A DNA stretch of 64,000 nucleotides from Thermoanaerobaculia bacterium (GTDB lineage: Bacteria > Acidobacteriota > Thermoanaerobaculia > Multivoradales > UBA5704): positions 554-64,553 of the forward strand of contig DATMER010000055.1 in assembly GCA_035556715.1 (NCBI GenBank), read 5' to 3'. The position numbers and the translations under genes are program-made. This document shows positions 9,813-17,869 of this stretch, one piece after another (the first letter of the stretch is position 1; each line of letters starts with the position of its first letter). The notes under the pieces were generated by a model. That model saw only the letters and a list, made by a program, of their open reading frames with translations. It did not search any database and was not told the origin of the DNA.

Positions 9813-10276
9813 AGATCAGGCGCGCGCAGGAATCCGACTCGGCCGAGCTCACGAGGATCGCCCACGAGTCCAAGAGGCACTGGGGATATCCCGAGCGCTG
9901 GATCGAGATCTGGCGGGACGACCTGACGATTTCGCCCGCCTTCATCGCCGCGAACGAGGTGTACCTGGCCGAGGATGGCAGCGAAGTCCTCGGCTGCTAC
10001 GGCCTCGCCGCCGGGACGCCGAACTGGACGCTCGAGCACTTCTGGGTCCGTCCCTCAGCCATGGGAAAGGGCGTGGGACGGCTCCTGTTCGAGCATGCCC
10101 GGGAGATCGCCTCGGATGCGGGCGCTCACGGCCTCGAGATCGACGCCGATCCCAACGCCGAGCCCTTCTACCTGCGAATGGGCGCTCTCCGGGTCGGCGA
10201 AGTCCAATCCCAGGTCGAGGGCCAGTCGCGGGTCCGCCCTTTGCTGCACCTGCCGCTCGTCAAAGCTTTCCGCTGA
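9809..10276 (+). CDS. GNAT family N-acetyltransferase
   Basis: 155-aa ORF with the acetyl-CoA binding motif region WVRPSAMGKGVGRLLFEHA. GTG start at 9809. Confidence 0.85.
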   Translation: MKIRRAQESDSAELTRIAHESKRHWGYPERWIEIWRDDLTISPAFIAANEVYLAEDGSEVLGCYGLAAGTPNWTLEHFWVRPSAMGKGVGRLLFEHAREIASDAGAHGLEIDADPNAEPFYLRMGALRVGEVQSQVEGQSRVRPLLHLPLVKAFR

Positions 10277-11594
10277 CGACACCCCAGAAGGGGGAAGCCT
10301 CGAAGTCGGCGGCATTCGTGAAGGGGCCGTGCTCCAAATTGTTGTGTACGTCTCCGTCGGCGGCCCAGAACTCCAGTGCGTCGATGGTGGCCCCACAGGT
10401 TTTGAGGTCTCCTCCGGGGGGCCGGTACTTGTGGCTGCAAGAAGGCGACATGGTGCGTAGGGTCACGAATACCTGGCTTCCACCCTTGCGGAGGAAAACA
10501 CCCGCGAAGGCGTTCCCGAAGCTCACGCTGGTGCACCCAGCCGCCCGGACCTGGGCGTTGGTGGTGAACCAGCAGCGCCGCGGGAACTTGCCGGCCTTGG
10601 CTCGGTCGTAAGTCGGAGCCGGCTCGTCAGGCTTCAAGCCCGTCGGAGCCAGGATACAGCTCGCCCCGTCCGTCATCTGGTCGCTGCCGCTGTGCCCAAA
10701 CATGATGGCCTCGGCGAGCGGGGTCTGCCCCTCCCCGGAGGCTTTCTCGATCTCTCCAAGCGGATCAGCCTTGATCTGCTTGGTGCCGGGATAGAAGCGC
10801 TTGGCCGAGACGAGAGCCTGGTTCCCCGCGCTCGGATGGAAGTTGATGCGCAGGCTGCTCCCGCTCGTCGCCTTGAGGTTGGAGAGGTCGAAGGTATCCC
10901 CGATCTGGAGGTACTTCTCGTAGTGCGTCTGAAAGTCGGCGGGCGGCGTCGCGTAATCTGCCGTCTTCATGGCGAGGGGCTTGATGCCAACCCAGTTCAG
11001 AGGGTTGGACTGGACCTTCCCGGGCAACTGGCCCAGGCGGTCTTCCTCGGAATTGACCGTGGCCGTGTTGTCCTCGATCTTCCAGCGGGCCAGTTGCGCG
11101 GAGGCCTGGGAAAGAGGGGGCGCCGGGCAGTCCTGGAGCACGGCCTCGGCCGCCCGTTCCGCCTCCCGCTCCGAGGCATCACCCGGCTGCGTCACCTCGA
11201 GCCGGGCCTGCAGGGACGGCGGCCGGCCCCCCTGCTGGACCACGTGAGCCATCTCGTGGGCCAGCAGATGCAGGCCCGAACGGGTATGCGGCTGGTACTG
11301 CCCGGCTCCGAAGACCACGTGCGGACCCACGGTGTAGGCCCGGGCGCTGACCGCCCGGGCGGACTCCGCGGCCGTGGTATCCGCGTGGATACGCACCTGG
11401 CTGAAGTCGTGGCCGAAGCGTGACTCCAGAAGAGTCCGCGGCCCGGTGACGACCGGCTGGCCCGGGGACCGCAGGACCTGCTGGACGAGAGGGGACGACA
11501 GCCGCGAAAGCGGATTCGCGGCCTGCCGCGCCGGGCTCGCCGGCGAACGGGTATGCGCCTTGGGCGATGGACCTGGCCGGTCGGACGTGGACAT
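10260..11594 (-). CDS. DUF4157-domain (HExxH) toxin-like protein with uncharacterised C-terminal domain
   Basis: DUF4157 hallmark ESRFGHDFSQVRIHAD...AYTVGPHVVFGAGQY...LLAHEMAHVVQQ. I chose the start at ATG 11594 (MSTSDRP), because the longer ORF to 11741 would run through the divergent neighbour's start region. A C-terminal region of about 300 aa has no motif I recognise. Confidence 0.85.
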   Translation of the reverse strand: MSTSDRPGPSPKAHTRSPASPARQAANPLSRLSSPLVQQVLRSPGQPVVTGPRTLLESRFGHDFSQVRIHADTTAAESARAVSARAYTVGPHVVFGAGQYQPHTRSGLHLLAHEMAHVVQQGGRPPSLQARLEVTQPGDASEREAERAAEAVLQDCPAPPLSQASAQLARWKIEDNTATVNSEEDRLGQLPGKVQSNPLNWVGIKPLAMKTADYATPPADFQTHYEKYLQIGDTFDLSNLKATSGSSLRINFHPSAGNQALVSAKRFYPGTKQIKADPLGEIEKASGEGQTPLAEAIMFGHSGSDQMTDGASCILAPTGLKPDEPAPTYDRAKAGKFPRRCWFTTNAQVRAAGCTSVSFGNAFAGVFLRKGGSQVFVTLRTMSPSCSHKYRPPGGDLKTCGATIDALEFWAADGDVHNNLEHGPFTNAADFEASPFWGVVSGKL

Positions 11595-11670
11595 GGAGAG
11601 CGTTTTCCCCCGGGGAACAGGTTCCGGATACACTGGAGAGTGCGCACGCGCATCTTTCCATTTCAAAAAG

Positions 11671-12186
11671 ATGGCCGACCCTCCCCGCCTTCCCCACTTG
11701 CCCCGAGCCCTGTACATCATCGGGCTGGCCGGCGTCGGCAAGAACCACGTCGGCGACCTGATCGGCCGGCTCTCCGGCTGTCATGTCTACCATGCCGACG
11801 AGGACCTTCCAGCGGACATGCGCGACGCTGTCGACAGGAACGAGCTCTGGACGGAAGAGCAGGTGGACGGATTCTACTCCATCATCCGCAGGCGAGCCCT
11901 GGAGCTTCTCGAGGTGCATCCCAGGATCGTCATCACCCAGGCGACCTACTTCCAGAAATACCGCGACCTCATCCGCGAGGCGATCCCGGACATCGAGCTC
12001 CTCTGGGTCGTTGCCGGTCAGGACGTCAATCTCCGAAGGCTCCGGGAGAGAGGCGACTACGTGTCCGTTGAGTATTTCGAGAAGACCCGGCTCTACTTCG
12101 AAACGCCGCCGGAACCGACGAAGACGCTCCTCAACGACGGCGACGACTCCGACATCATCCGGCAATTGGCCGCCCTTTACGGCTAG
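11671..12186 (+). CDS. P-loop kinase-like protein (atypical Walker A)
   Basis: ATG at 11671 (MADPPRL). Walker A-like IIGLAGVGKN ends in GKN rather than GKS/T. Overall it looks like a small-molecule/nucleotide kinase. The upstream part of the 11374 ORF is off-frame-like junk. Confidence 0.7.
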   Translation: MADPPRLPHLPRALYIIGLAGVGKNHVGDLIGRLSGCHVYHADEDLPADMRDAVDRNELWTEEQVDGFYSIIRRRALELLEVHPRIVITQATYFQKYRDLIREAIPDIELLWVVAGQDVNLRRLRERGDYVSVEYFEKTRLYFETPPEPTKTLLNDGDDSDIIRQLAALYG

Positions 12187-12341
12187 TCATTTCGTGCGAG
12201 CCGGCATACACCGGATGTCCTGCGGCGCGGTGGCGCCGATAGAGGGGACGGAGCCGCAATCCCAACGGCCTCAGGATCTTGCCTGGTCCGGGCTCGTTAT
12301 GGCACGGCCATGGCTATGTCCGGCCGGGAGGAGGTGTTCCC

Positions 12342-12638
12342 ATGGGCTGCCTTGACCTGCTTTTCCTTCCCCTGGAGGCCTTCGTCTGGCACCCGGAGAG
12401 GATTTTTTTGATGGCAGGAGTCCTCTGCCTGCTCTTCCTGCTCCTTCACTGGCTGCGGCGGCGCGCCTGGCCCGTCCTCTCGGTCGCGATCGCCTGGGGG
12501 CTCTGGGCTCCCTGGGAGGCGTACTGCAAGGCAGGGGGATTCAACATCCGGATCGACCTTTTCCTGATCGGGCCCGTCCTGCTGATCGCCACGATCGGAG
12601 GACTGATCGTGGGGCTCACTCCGCGCTCCCCGGATTAG
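12342..12638 (+). CDS. Small integral membrane protein
   Basis: GGGAGGAGG lies upstream of the ATG at 12342. The protein is about 98 aa with 3-4 hydrophobic helices (IFLMAGVLCLLFLLLHWL, WPVLSVAIAWGLWAPW, LFLIGPVLLIATIGGLIVGL). It ends 25 nt before the S8 peptidase gene. Confidence 0.6.
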   Translation: MGCLDLLFLPLEAFVWHPERIFLMAGVLCLLFLLLHWLRRRAWPVLSVAIAWGLWAPWEAYCKAGGFNIRIDLFLIGPVLLIATIGGLIVGLTPRSPD

Positions 12639-12663
12639 CTATAGAATTCAAGGTAACAGCGAG

Positions 12664-14667
12664 GTGACAATGGCGAGCAACCCCGAGAACAGGCCCGAGA
12701 GCAAGCCCAAGCTCGACCGCAAGCTGATGGAGCAGCTCATGTTCGGCACCGGCCGCGTGCGCCGCTTCACGCAGGATTCCCCCGTGCTGCCGGACGTCTG
12801 GCTGGAGTATATGAAGGAGCCGGGCGAGCGTCTCACCGGCAAGCCCGAGAAGCCCGAGCCGTTCCCGTCGGTGAAGCTGCTGCTCACACCCTTCCGGGAG
12901 AACTACGCCGGCGACATCCGGCGCGAGCTGCGGGAACGGCTGGAGAAAGAGAAGAAAGAGGGCAAAGAGGTGCCGCGCGTCATCTACAACCAGTCGACCG
13001 TAGCGGCCACGCTCTGCTTCGAGGACCTCGTCCGGGTGGTCCTTCCCATGACCTCCTTCTGGGAGCGCCTCGACAAGCAGTGGAAGATCGAAGCCCTGGA
13101 CTCTGAGACCGCCCATAAATACCTTGCCGAAGCGGTCAAGGACCCGGAGCATCCGCCGCTCCTTCCCACCGGGGAGAAGGAGGGCGAGATGAAGCGTCCG
13201 CCTCCGGCCCTCCTCTGGATGATCCGCGTCGTCGGAGCGCTGGCCCTCCTCCATCGAAGAGAGCCGCTGCCGAAGAGGTTCTTTGGGCCGGAGGGCGTGG
13301 CCGGGGTCACCACCGGGGACTGGAAGGTCCTGGTCAAGGCCGTGGCCGACCTGATCCGCGGCGTCGAGCCCGGCAGCAAGAAAGGCCGCATCTATTCGGT
13401 CAGCCTGAACCGCGAAGCCTCTCCGACGGTCTCCCGCTCGATGCTTGCGGTCAAGGCCGATGCCGCCCGGCGCCTGTTCGAAATCTCGTGCAGCGAGCTG
13501 GCCTGGGCCGTCATCGACAGCGGGATCGATGCCAGCCACCCCGCATTCCGCCTGCGGAAGAAAGAGGATGGCAAAGAGGTGCCGTGCAGCCAGACACCTT
13601 TCGAGAACGACAAAGGCGAGCCGGAGAACTGCACCCGCGTCGTCGAGACCTACGACTTCACGCAGATCGAGCGGCTCCTCGATCCCGACACGCCCGATCT
13701 GCCCGAGCACCTGACCGAGAAGCTCAAGGGGAAGTCAAAGAAGGCGCAGGACCTGCGGGAACAGATCGCAACTGTCAATGAGGCGCTGGCCTCCGGCCGC
13801 TCCATCGATTGGAAGCTGATCGCTCCGCTGCTGCGCATCCCGCAGGACGAGGGGAAGGACAAGTACATCCCACCGGGCCACGATCACGGGACCCACGTTG
13901 CCGGCATCCTCGCCGGCAAGTGGCTGCACGCCGAATGCGAAGAGTTGGAGGAGGACCTCCTCGGCGTCTGTCCCGACATCCGTCTCTATGACCTGCGCGT
14001 ACTCGACGCGGACGGGCGCGGCGACGAGTTTGCCGTCATGGCCGCGCTGCAGTTCATCCGCCATCTCAACTCGACCAACGACTACGTGGCCGTGCACGGC
14101 GTGAACATGAGTCTTTCGATCCCGCACGAAGTCTCGAATTATGCCTGCGGCCGCACGCCGGTCTGCGAGGAGTGCGAGCGCGTGGTGGGCTCGGGCGTGG
14201 TAGTGGTGGCCGCGGCCGGGAACCAGGGCTATCGGAAGTCGCTCACTGCCGAGGGGGTCACGACCGAGTCCTACAGCGACATCAGCATTACCGATCCGGG
14301 CAATGCCGAGCTCGTCATCACCGTCGGGGCCACGCACCGCTACCGGCCGCACACCTACGGGGTGAGCTACTTCTCCAGCCGGGGTCCGACGGGCGACGGC
14401 CGTCTCAAGCCCGATCTGGTGGCGCCGGGAGAAAAGATCACGGCGCCGTTGCCCGGTGACACGTTCGGCCTGAAGGACGGCACGAGCATGGCCGCTCCGC
14501 ATGTGAGCGGCGTGGCGGCGCTGCTCATGGCCCGGTACAACGAGCTGGTCGGCCGGCCCGCCCGCATCAAGCAGATCCTCTGCTCGACGGCCACGGACCT
14601 CGGCCGCGAAAAGTATTTCCAGGGAGCGGGGATGCTCGACGCCCTGCGCGCCCTGCAGTCCGTCTGA
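12664..14667 (+). CDS. Cytoplasmic S8 (subtilisin-like) serine peptidase with long N-terminal extension
   Basis: Catalytic triad motifs occur in D-H-S order: AVIDSGIDASHPAF, HGTHVAGILAG and GTSMAAPHVSGVAALL, plus AAAGNQG. No signal peptide is seen. The start is GTG 12664 or ATG 12670. Confidence 0.92.
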   Translation: MTMASNPENRPESKPKLDRKLMEQLMFGTGRVRRFTQDSPVLPDVWLEYMKEPGERLTGKPEKPEPFPSVKLLLTPFRENYAGDIRRELRERLEKEKKEGKEVPRVIYNQSTVAATLCFEDLVRVVLPMTSFWERLDKQWKIEALDSETAHKYLAEAVKDPEHPPLLPTGEKEGEMKRPPPALLWMIRVVGALALLHRREPLPKRFFGPEGVAGVTTGDWKVLVKAVADLIRGVEPGSKKGRIYSVSLNREASPTVSRSMLAVKADAARRLFEISCSELAWAVIDSGIDASHPAFRLRKKEDGKEVPCSQTPFENDKGEPENCTRVVETYDFTQIERLLDPDTPDLPEHLTEKLKGKSKKAQDLREQIATVNEALASGRSIDWKLIAPLLRIPQDEGKDKYIPPGHDHGTHVAGILAGKWLHAECEELEEDLLGVCPDIRLYDLRVLDADGRGDEFAVMAALQFIRHLNSTNDYVAVHGVNMSLSIPHEVSNYACGRTPVCEECERVVGSGVVVVAAAGNQGYRKSLTAEGVTTESYSDISITDPGNAELVITVGATHRYRPHTYGVSYFSSRGPTGDGRLKPDLVAPGEKITAPLPGDTFGLKDGTSMAAPHVSGVAALLMARYNELVGRPARIKQILCSTATDLGREKYFQGAGMLDALRALQSV

Positions 14668-14679
14668 AAGGAGACCGCG

Positions 14680-15825
14680 ATGCTGATCCTCGAAGCGCTC
14701 CGCGCGAAATACGGAGACGCCCTCCTCCTCCACTTCGGCACGAAAGAAAAACCGCAGCTCATCGTGATCGACGGCGGCCCGCCCGGCGTCTACAACGACG
14801 CGCTGAAGCCGCGGCTCGAAGAGATCCGCAAGCAGCGCAAGCTTGCCGAGAACAAGCCGCTGGACATCGAGCTGATGATGGTCAGCCACATCGACGAGGA
14901 CCACATCGCCGGCGTCCTGCAGCTCGTCCGCAAGATGAAGGACCTCAAGGAGTCGAAGCAGCCTGTCCCCTGGAACATCCGCCGCTTCTGGCACAACTCC
15001 TTCGACGACCTCCTCGGCAACGACGATGTGTCGGTCGCCTCGTCGGCGTCGGTGATGAGCCCGGCCTCGATCGGCGACATGCTGGGGACGAAGGGCTCCC
15101 TGATCCTCGCCAGCGTCGGCCAGGGGCGCGAGCTCCGCAAGCTGCTCGACGCCTTGCAGCTAGCTGGCAACCCCCCGTTCGATGGCCTGGTGAGGGCCGG
15201 GAAGAAGGCGATCACCCTCGGCAACCTGAAGCTCACGGTCGTGGCCCCGCTCGAAGAGAACCTCCACGAGCTGCAGGAGGAGTGGGACAAGGAAGTAAAA
15301 GCCATCCTGAAGAAAGAGAAGAACAAGGAGGCCCTTGCGAAGGCCGCGGCCTACGTGGACGAGTCGGTCGCCAACCTCTCCAGCATCGTGGTCCTCGTTG
15401 AAGGAGATGGCAAGCGCATCCTCCTCACCGGCGACGGCCGCGGCGACCACACGCTCCAGGGCCTCAAGAAAGCCAAGCTCCTGAAGGATGGCCAGCTCAA
15501 GGTGGACGTACTCAAGATGCCCCATCACGGCAGCGTCCGGAACATCGACGAGGACTACTTCGAGACGATCCAGGCCGATCACTACGTCATGTCGGCGGAT
15601 GGCAAGTTCGACAACCCCGATCTCGCCACGTTGCAGATGCTCTCCAAGATGCGCCCGGACGACGACTTCACGATCCACCTGACCTACCCCACGGACAAGT
15701 TCAACGTGCCGGCAATCGGCAACGAGATCGCCAAGTTTTTCGAGAAGGAGAAAGCCGCCGGCCGGAAGTACAAGGTCGAGACGCGAAAGCCGGACGACCT
15801 CTCGTTCCAGCTCAAGCTCGCCTGA
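14680..15825 (+). CDS. MBL-fold metallo-hydrolase (ComEC/Rec2-like subtype)
   Basis: AAGGAG lies 7 nt upstream, and the gene starts 12 nt after the S8 stop. Motifs are MVSHIDEDHIAG (HxDxDH in place of HxHxDH), LLTGDG and LKMPHHGS. Confidence 0.88.
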   Translation: MLILEALRAKYGDALLLHFGTKEKPQLIVIDGGPPGVYNDALKPRLEEIRKQRKLAENKPLDIELMMVSHIDEDHIAGVLQLVRKMKDLKESKQPVPWNIRRFWHNSFDDLLGNDDVSVASSASVMSPASIGDMLGTKGSLILASVGQGRELRKLLDALQLAGNPPFDGLVRAGKKAITLGNLKLTVVAPLEENLHELQEEWDKEVKAILKKEKNKEALAKAAAYVDESVANLSSIVVLVEGDGKRILLTGDGRGDHTLQGLKKAKLLKDGQLKVDVLKMPHHGSVRNIDEDYFETIQADHYVMSADGKFDNPDLATLQMLSKMRPDDDFTIHLTYPTDKFNVPAIGNEIAKFFEKEKAAGRKYKVETRKPDDLSFQLKLA

Positions 15826-15872
15826 AGGGGGACGGGGGCCGCCCTCACGTCGACACTGAGGTTAGGCGAAGA

Positions 15873-16256
15873 ATGAGGAACAGTAGTTCTATGAAGATGA
15901 ACAGATTGATACCAATGCTGCCGGTCAAGAGCATGCCAGGAAGTGTGGACTTTTACTGCGGGATGCTGGGTTTTGAGGTCGAGAAGAGAAACGACGATTG
16001 GGGCTGGGCAATGCTTCGCTTCGACGAGTGCCGCCTGATGGTGGATCAATCGATCAATGCGCACCCGGCCAAGCCTTGCGACTCGATCCTCTATCTGTAC
16101 CCGGATAATGTCATCGAGTACCACGAGCAAGTCAGGAGGAACGGTTTGGCTGTGCCGGAGCTGACCGTCACCTTCTACGGCCTCACAGAGTTTCGAATAA
16201 GCGATCCGGATGGAAACCGATTATGGATCGGACAAAGCACGTCGCCGGAGGTCTAG
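15873..16256 (+). CDS. VOC/glyoxalase-bleomycin resistance family protein
   Basis: The 127-aa ORF reads IPMLPVKSMPGSVDFYCGMLGFEV... and ends with FRISDPDGNRLWI, a typical VOC fold signature. The start could instead be ATG 15891 or 15897. Confidence 0.8.
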   Translation: MRNSSSMKMNRLIPMLPVKSMPGSVDFYCGMLGFEVEKRNDDWGWAMLRFDECRLMVDQSINAHPAKPCDSILYLYPDNVIEYHEQVRRNGLAVPELTVTFYGLTEFRISDPDGNRLWIGQSTSPEV

Positions 16257-16360
16257 CTATGCGCAGCAATATCCAGGGCCTCCAGCGAACACCTGGGCTC
16301 GCGCCAGGCGCACGCTGAGGCCCCAAGTGTTACTGCGCAGCCGCGATTGACGAGGTTTTC

Positions 16361-17080
16361 ATGGAAGTAGGCCAGGATGACCTTCGCCGCCGCTATCGGG
16401 ATCTCGAAACCTTCGAGCTTCTTCACCTCCATCGCAGAGGTGGGCTTACAGGCTCGGCAATCGCGGTACTCAAAGAAGTCCTCGACTCACGAGAGCCTGG
16501 ATGGGAGCATCGCGACGATCGATGGCTCCGATCGGACTTCGAGAGCTTCCTCCGCGAGGCGGACACGTTGAGTATTCCGGACGAATTCGGTAATCTCGTG
16601 GAGCCCCTTTTTCTCCCTGCCGGGCAGGCACCGGACGAGATGGAGATCCGGGCCGCTGAAGAGCGGATAGGCGCGCCGCTTCCGCAAGGCTACAAGCTGT
16701 TTCTCCGGGTGCTGGGACCGGGCTGTTGGTGCCGTGCGAACGAGATCTCAGCTCCGGCCGACGTGTTCGTGTTCGATGAATCCACTTGGGAAATGAAGGG
16801 ATTCGTTGCTATTGTGGAGAATGTCCAAGGTGTTGGCGACTATTTGGCGTTCAATCCTGCTGATCCGCAAGTCGAAGGCGATAGACCTGTCTACTACTGC
16901 GCTCATGATCCCTATGGCTATGCCAGAGTGGCGGACTCCTTCGAGATCTGGGCCAGGGAATGTGCTGCCGCCGCACGGCAGGAGCAGGACTTCTACCAGC
17001 AGTTTGACGAGGTCGTTTCTGCCAAGTCGAGGGAGCTCGAGGCTAAGGAGCCAAAGAGATGGTGGCATTTCTGGCGCTGA
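16361..17080 (+). CDS. SMI1/KNR4 family protein (immunity-protein-like)
   Basis: Central segment EERIGAPLPQGYKLFLRVLGPG...FDESTWEMKGFVAI...YLAFNP matches the SMI1/KNR4 pattern. Codon usage is visibly AT-richer. Confidence 0.8.
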   Translation: MEVGQDDLRRRYRDLETFELLHLHRRGGLTGSAIAVLKEVLDSREPGWEHRDDRWLRSDFESFLREADTLSIPDEFGNLVEPLFLPAGQAPDEMEIRAAEERIGAPLPQGYKLFLRVLGPGCWCRANEISAPADVFVFDESTWEMKGFVAIVENVQGVGDYLAFNPADPQVEGDRPVYYCAHDPYGYARVADSFEIWARECAAAARQEQDFYQQFDEVVSAKSRELEAKEPKRWWHFWR

Positions 17081-17127
17081 AGCGGAAACAGAGACTCTGC
17101 GGTTGACGCAGGTATAGGGGAACTGAA

Positions 17128-17769
17128 ATGGCAGACTTTCCCACCCTCCAGGATGAGTATCAGATGCTCATAGGTGAGTTACGCCAGAACCGAGAGATTC
17201 AACTGCAGTCGCTCCTCTCCACCCCTATATGGATCGCCCTCTTCTTCGGCTTGCTTTCAGCGGGAGGGCCAAGTGCCTTGCAGACACTACCTGCGCTCGT
17301 ATTAGTTCCCGTTCCGCTGGTGTACATGAGCCTGTTGCTCGTGCTGAACCGCCGCAGCTCCGCGGACCAGATCCTTGCATATTTCCGCACTGCGTTCGAA
17401 CAGAAGCTTGCGCGGGACATCGGCTGGAACTTTCTTCTCCCCGAGTTCCGCAAACAGGTACGCCTACTTCGAGGCGCCAACAAGAAGCTCACGTACAGAG
17501 TACCGCAACGACTCGACTTCATTACGATGATGTGGGCAGTCAACTTTGTAATAGCGCTGAGCTGCTTGGGAAGCTATGGTGCCCTTCTGCCTGGACTCGG
17601 AGTCAAGTTTTGGTCTATTGCGGTTCTTCTGATGCTTGGATACCTTATCGCTATCGTCTGGATCTTCCGCCAGGCAGATGCGAAAGCCTACTTCGTCGAG
17701 GCATGGCAACGTGTACTTCTTGAGCGGGCGGCCGGATCGGCCAACCCCGCCGCCCAGCAACAACTGTAG
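17128..17769 (+). CDS. Hypothetical membrane protein
   Basis: 213-aa ORF with about 4 hydrophobic helices (IWIALFFGLLSAGG, LVLVPVPLVYMSLLLVL, MMWAVNFVIALSCLGSYGALL, SIAVLLMLGYLIAIVWIF). It lies in the lower-GC stretch. Confidence 0.65.
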   Translation: MADFPTLQDEYQMLIGELRQNREIQLQSLLSTPIWIALFFGLLSAGGPSALQTLPALVLVPVPLVYMSLLLVLNRRSSADQILAYFRTAFEQKLARDIGWNFLLPEFRKQVRLLRGANKKLTYRVPQRLDFITMMWAVNFVIALSCLGSYGALLPGLGVKFWSIAVLLMLGYLIAIVWIFRQADAKAYFVEAWQRVLLERAAGSANPAAQQQL

Positions 17770-17869
17770 GAGGGCCGCGGTGCTCAGAGGTGTCGATCCG
17801 GCCCCTGACTCGCGGGGTCCTGAGGAGTGCGATAGCATAAAGCCTGTCGCGACCCTTTCAGGAGGCCTC

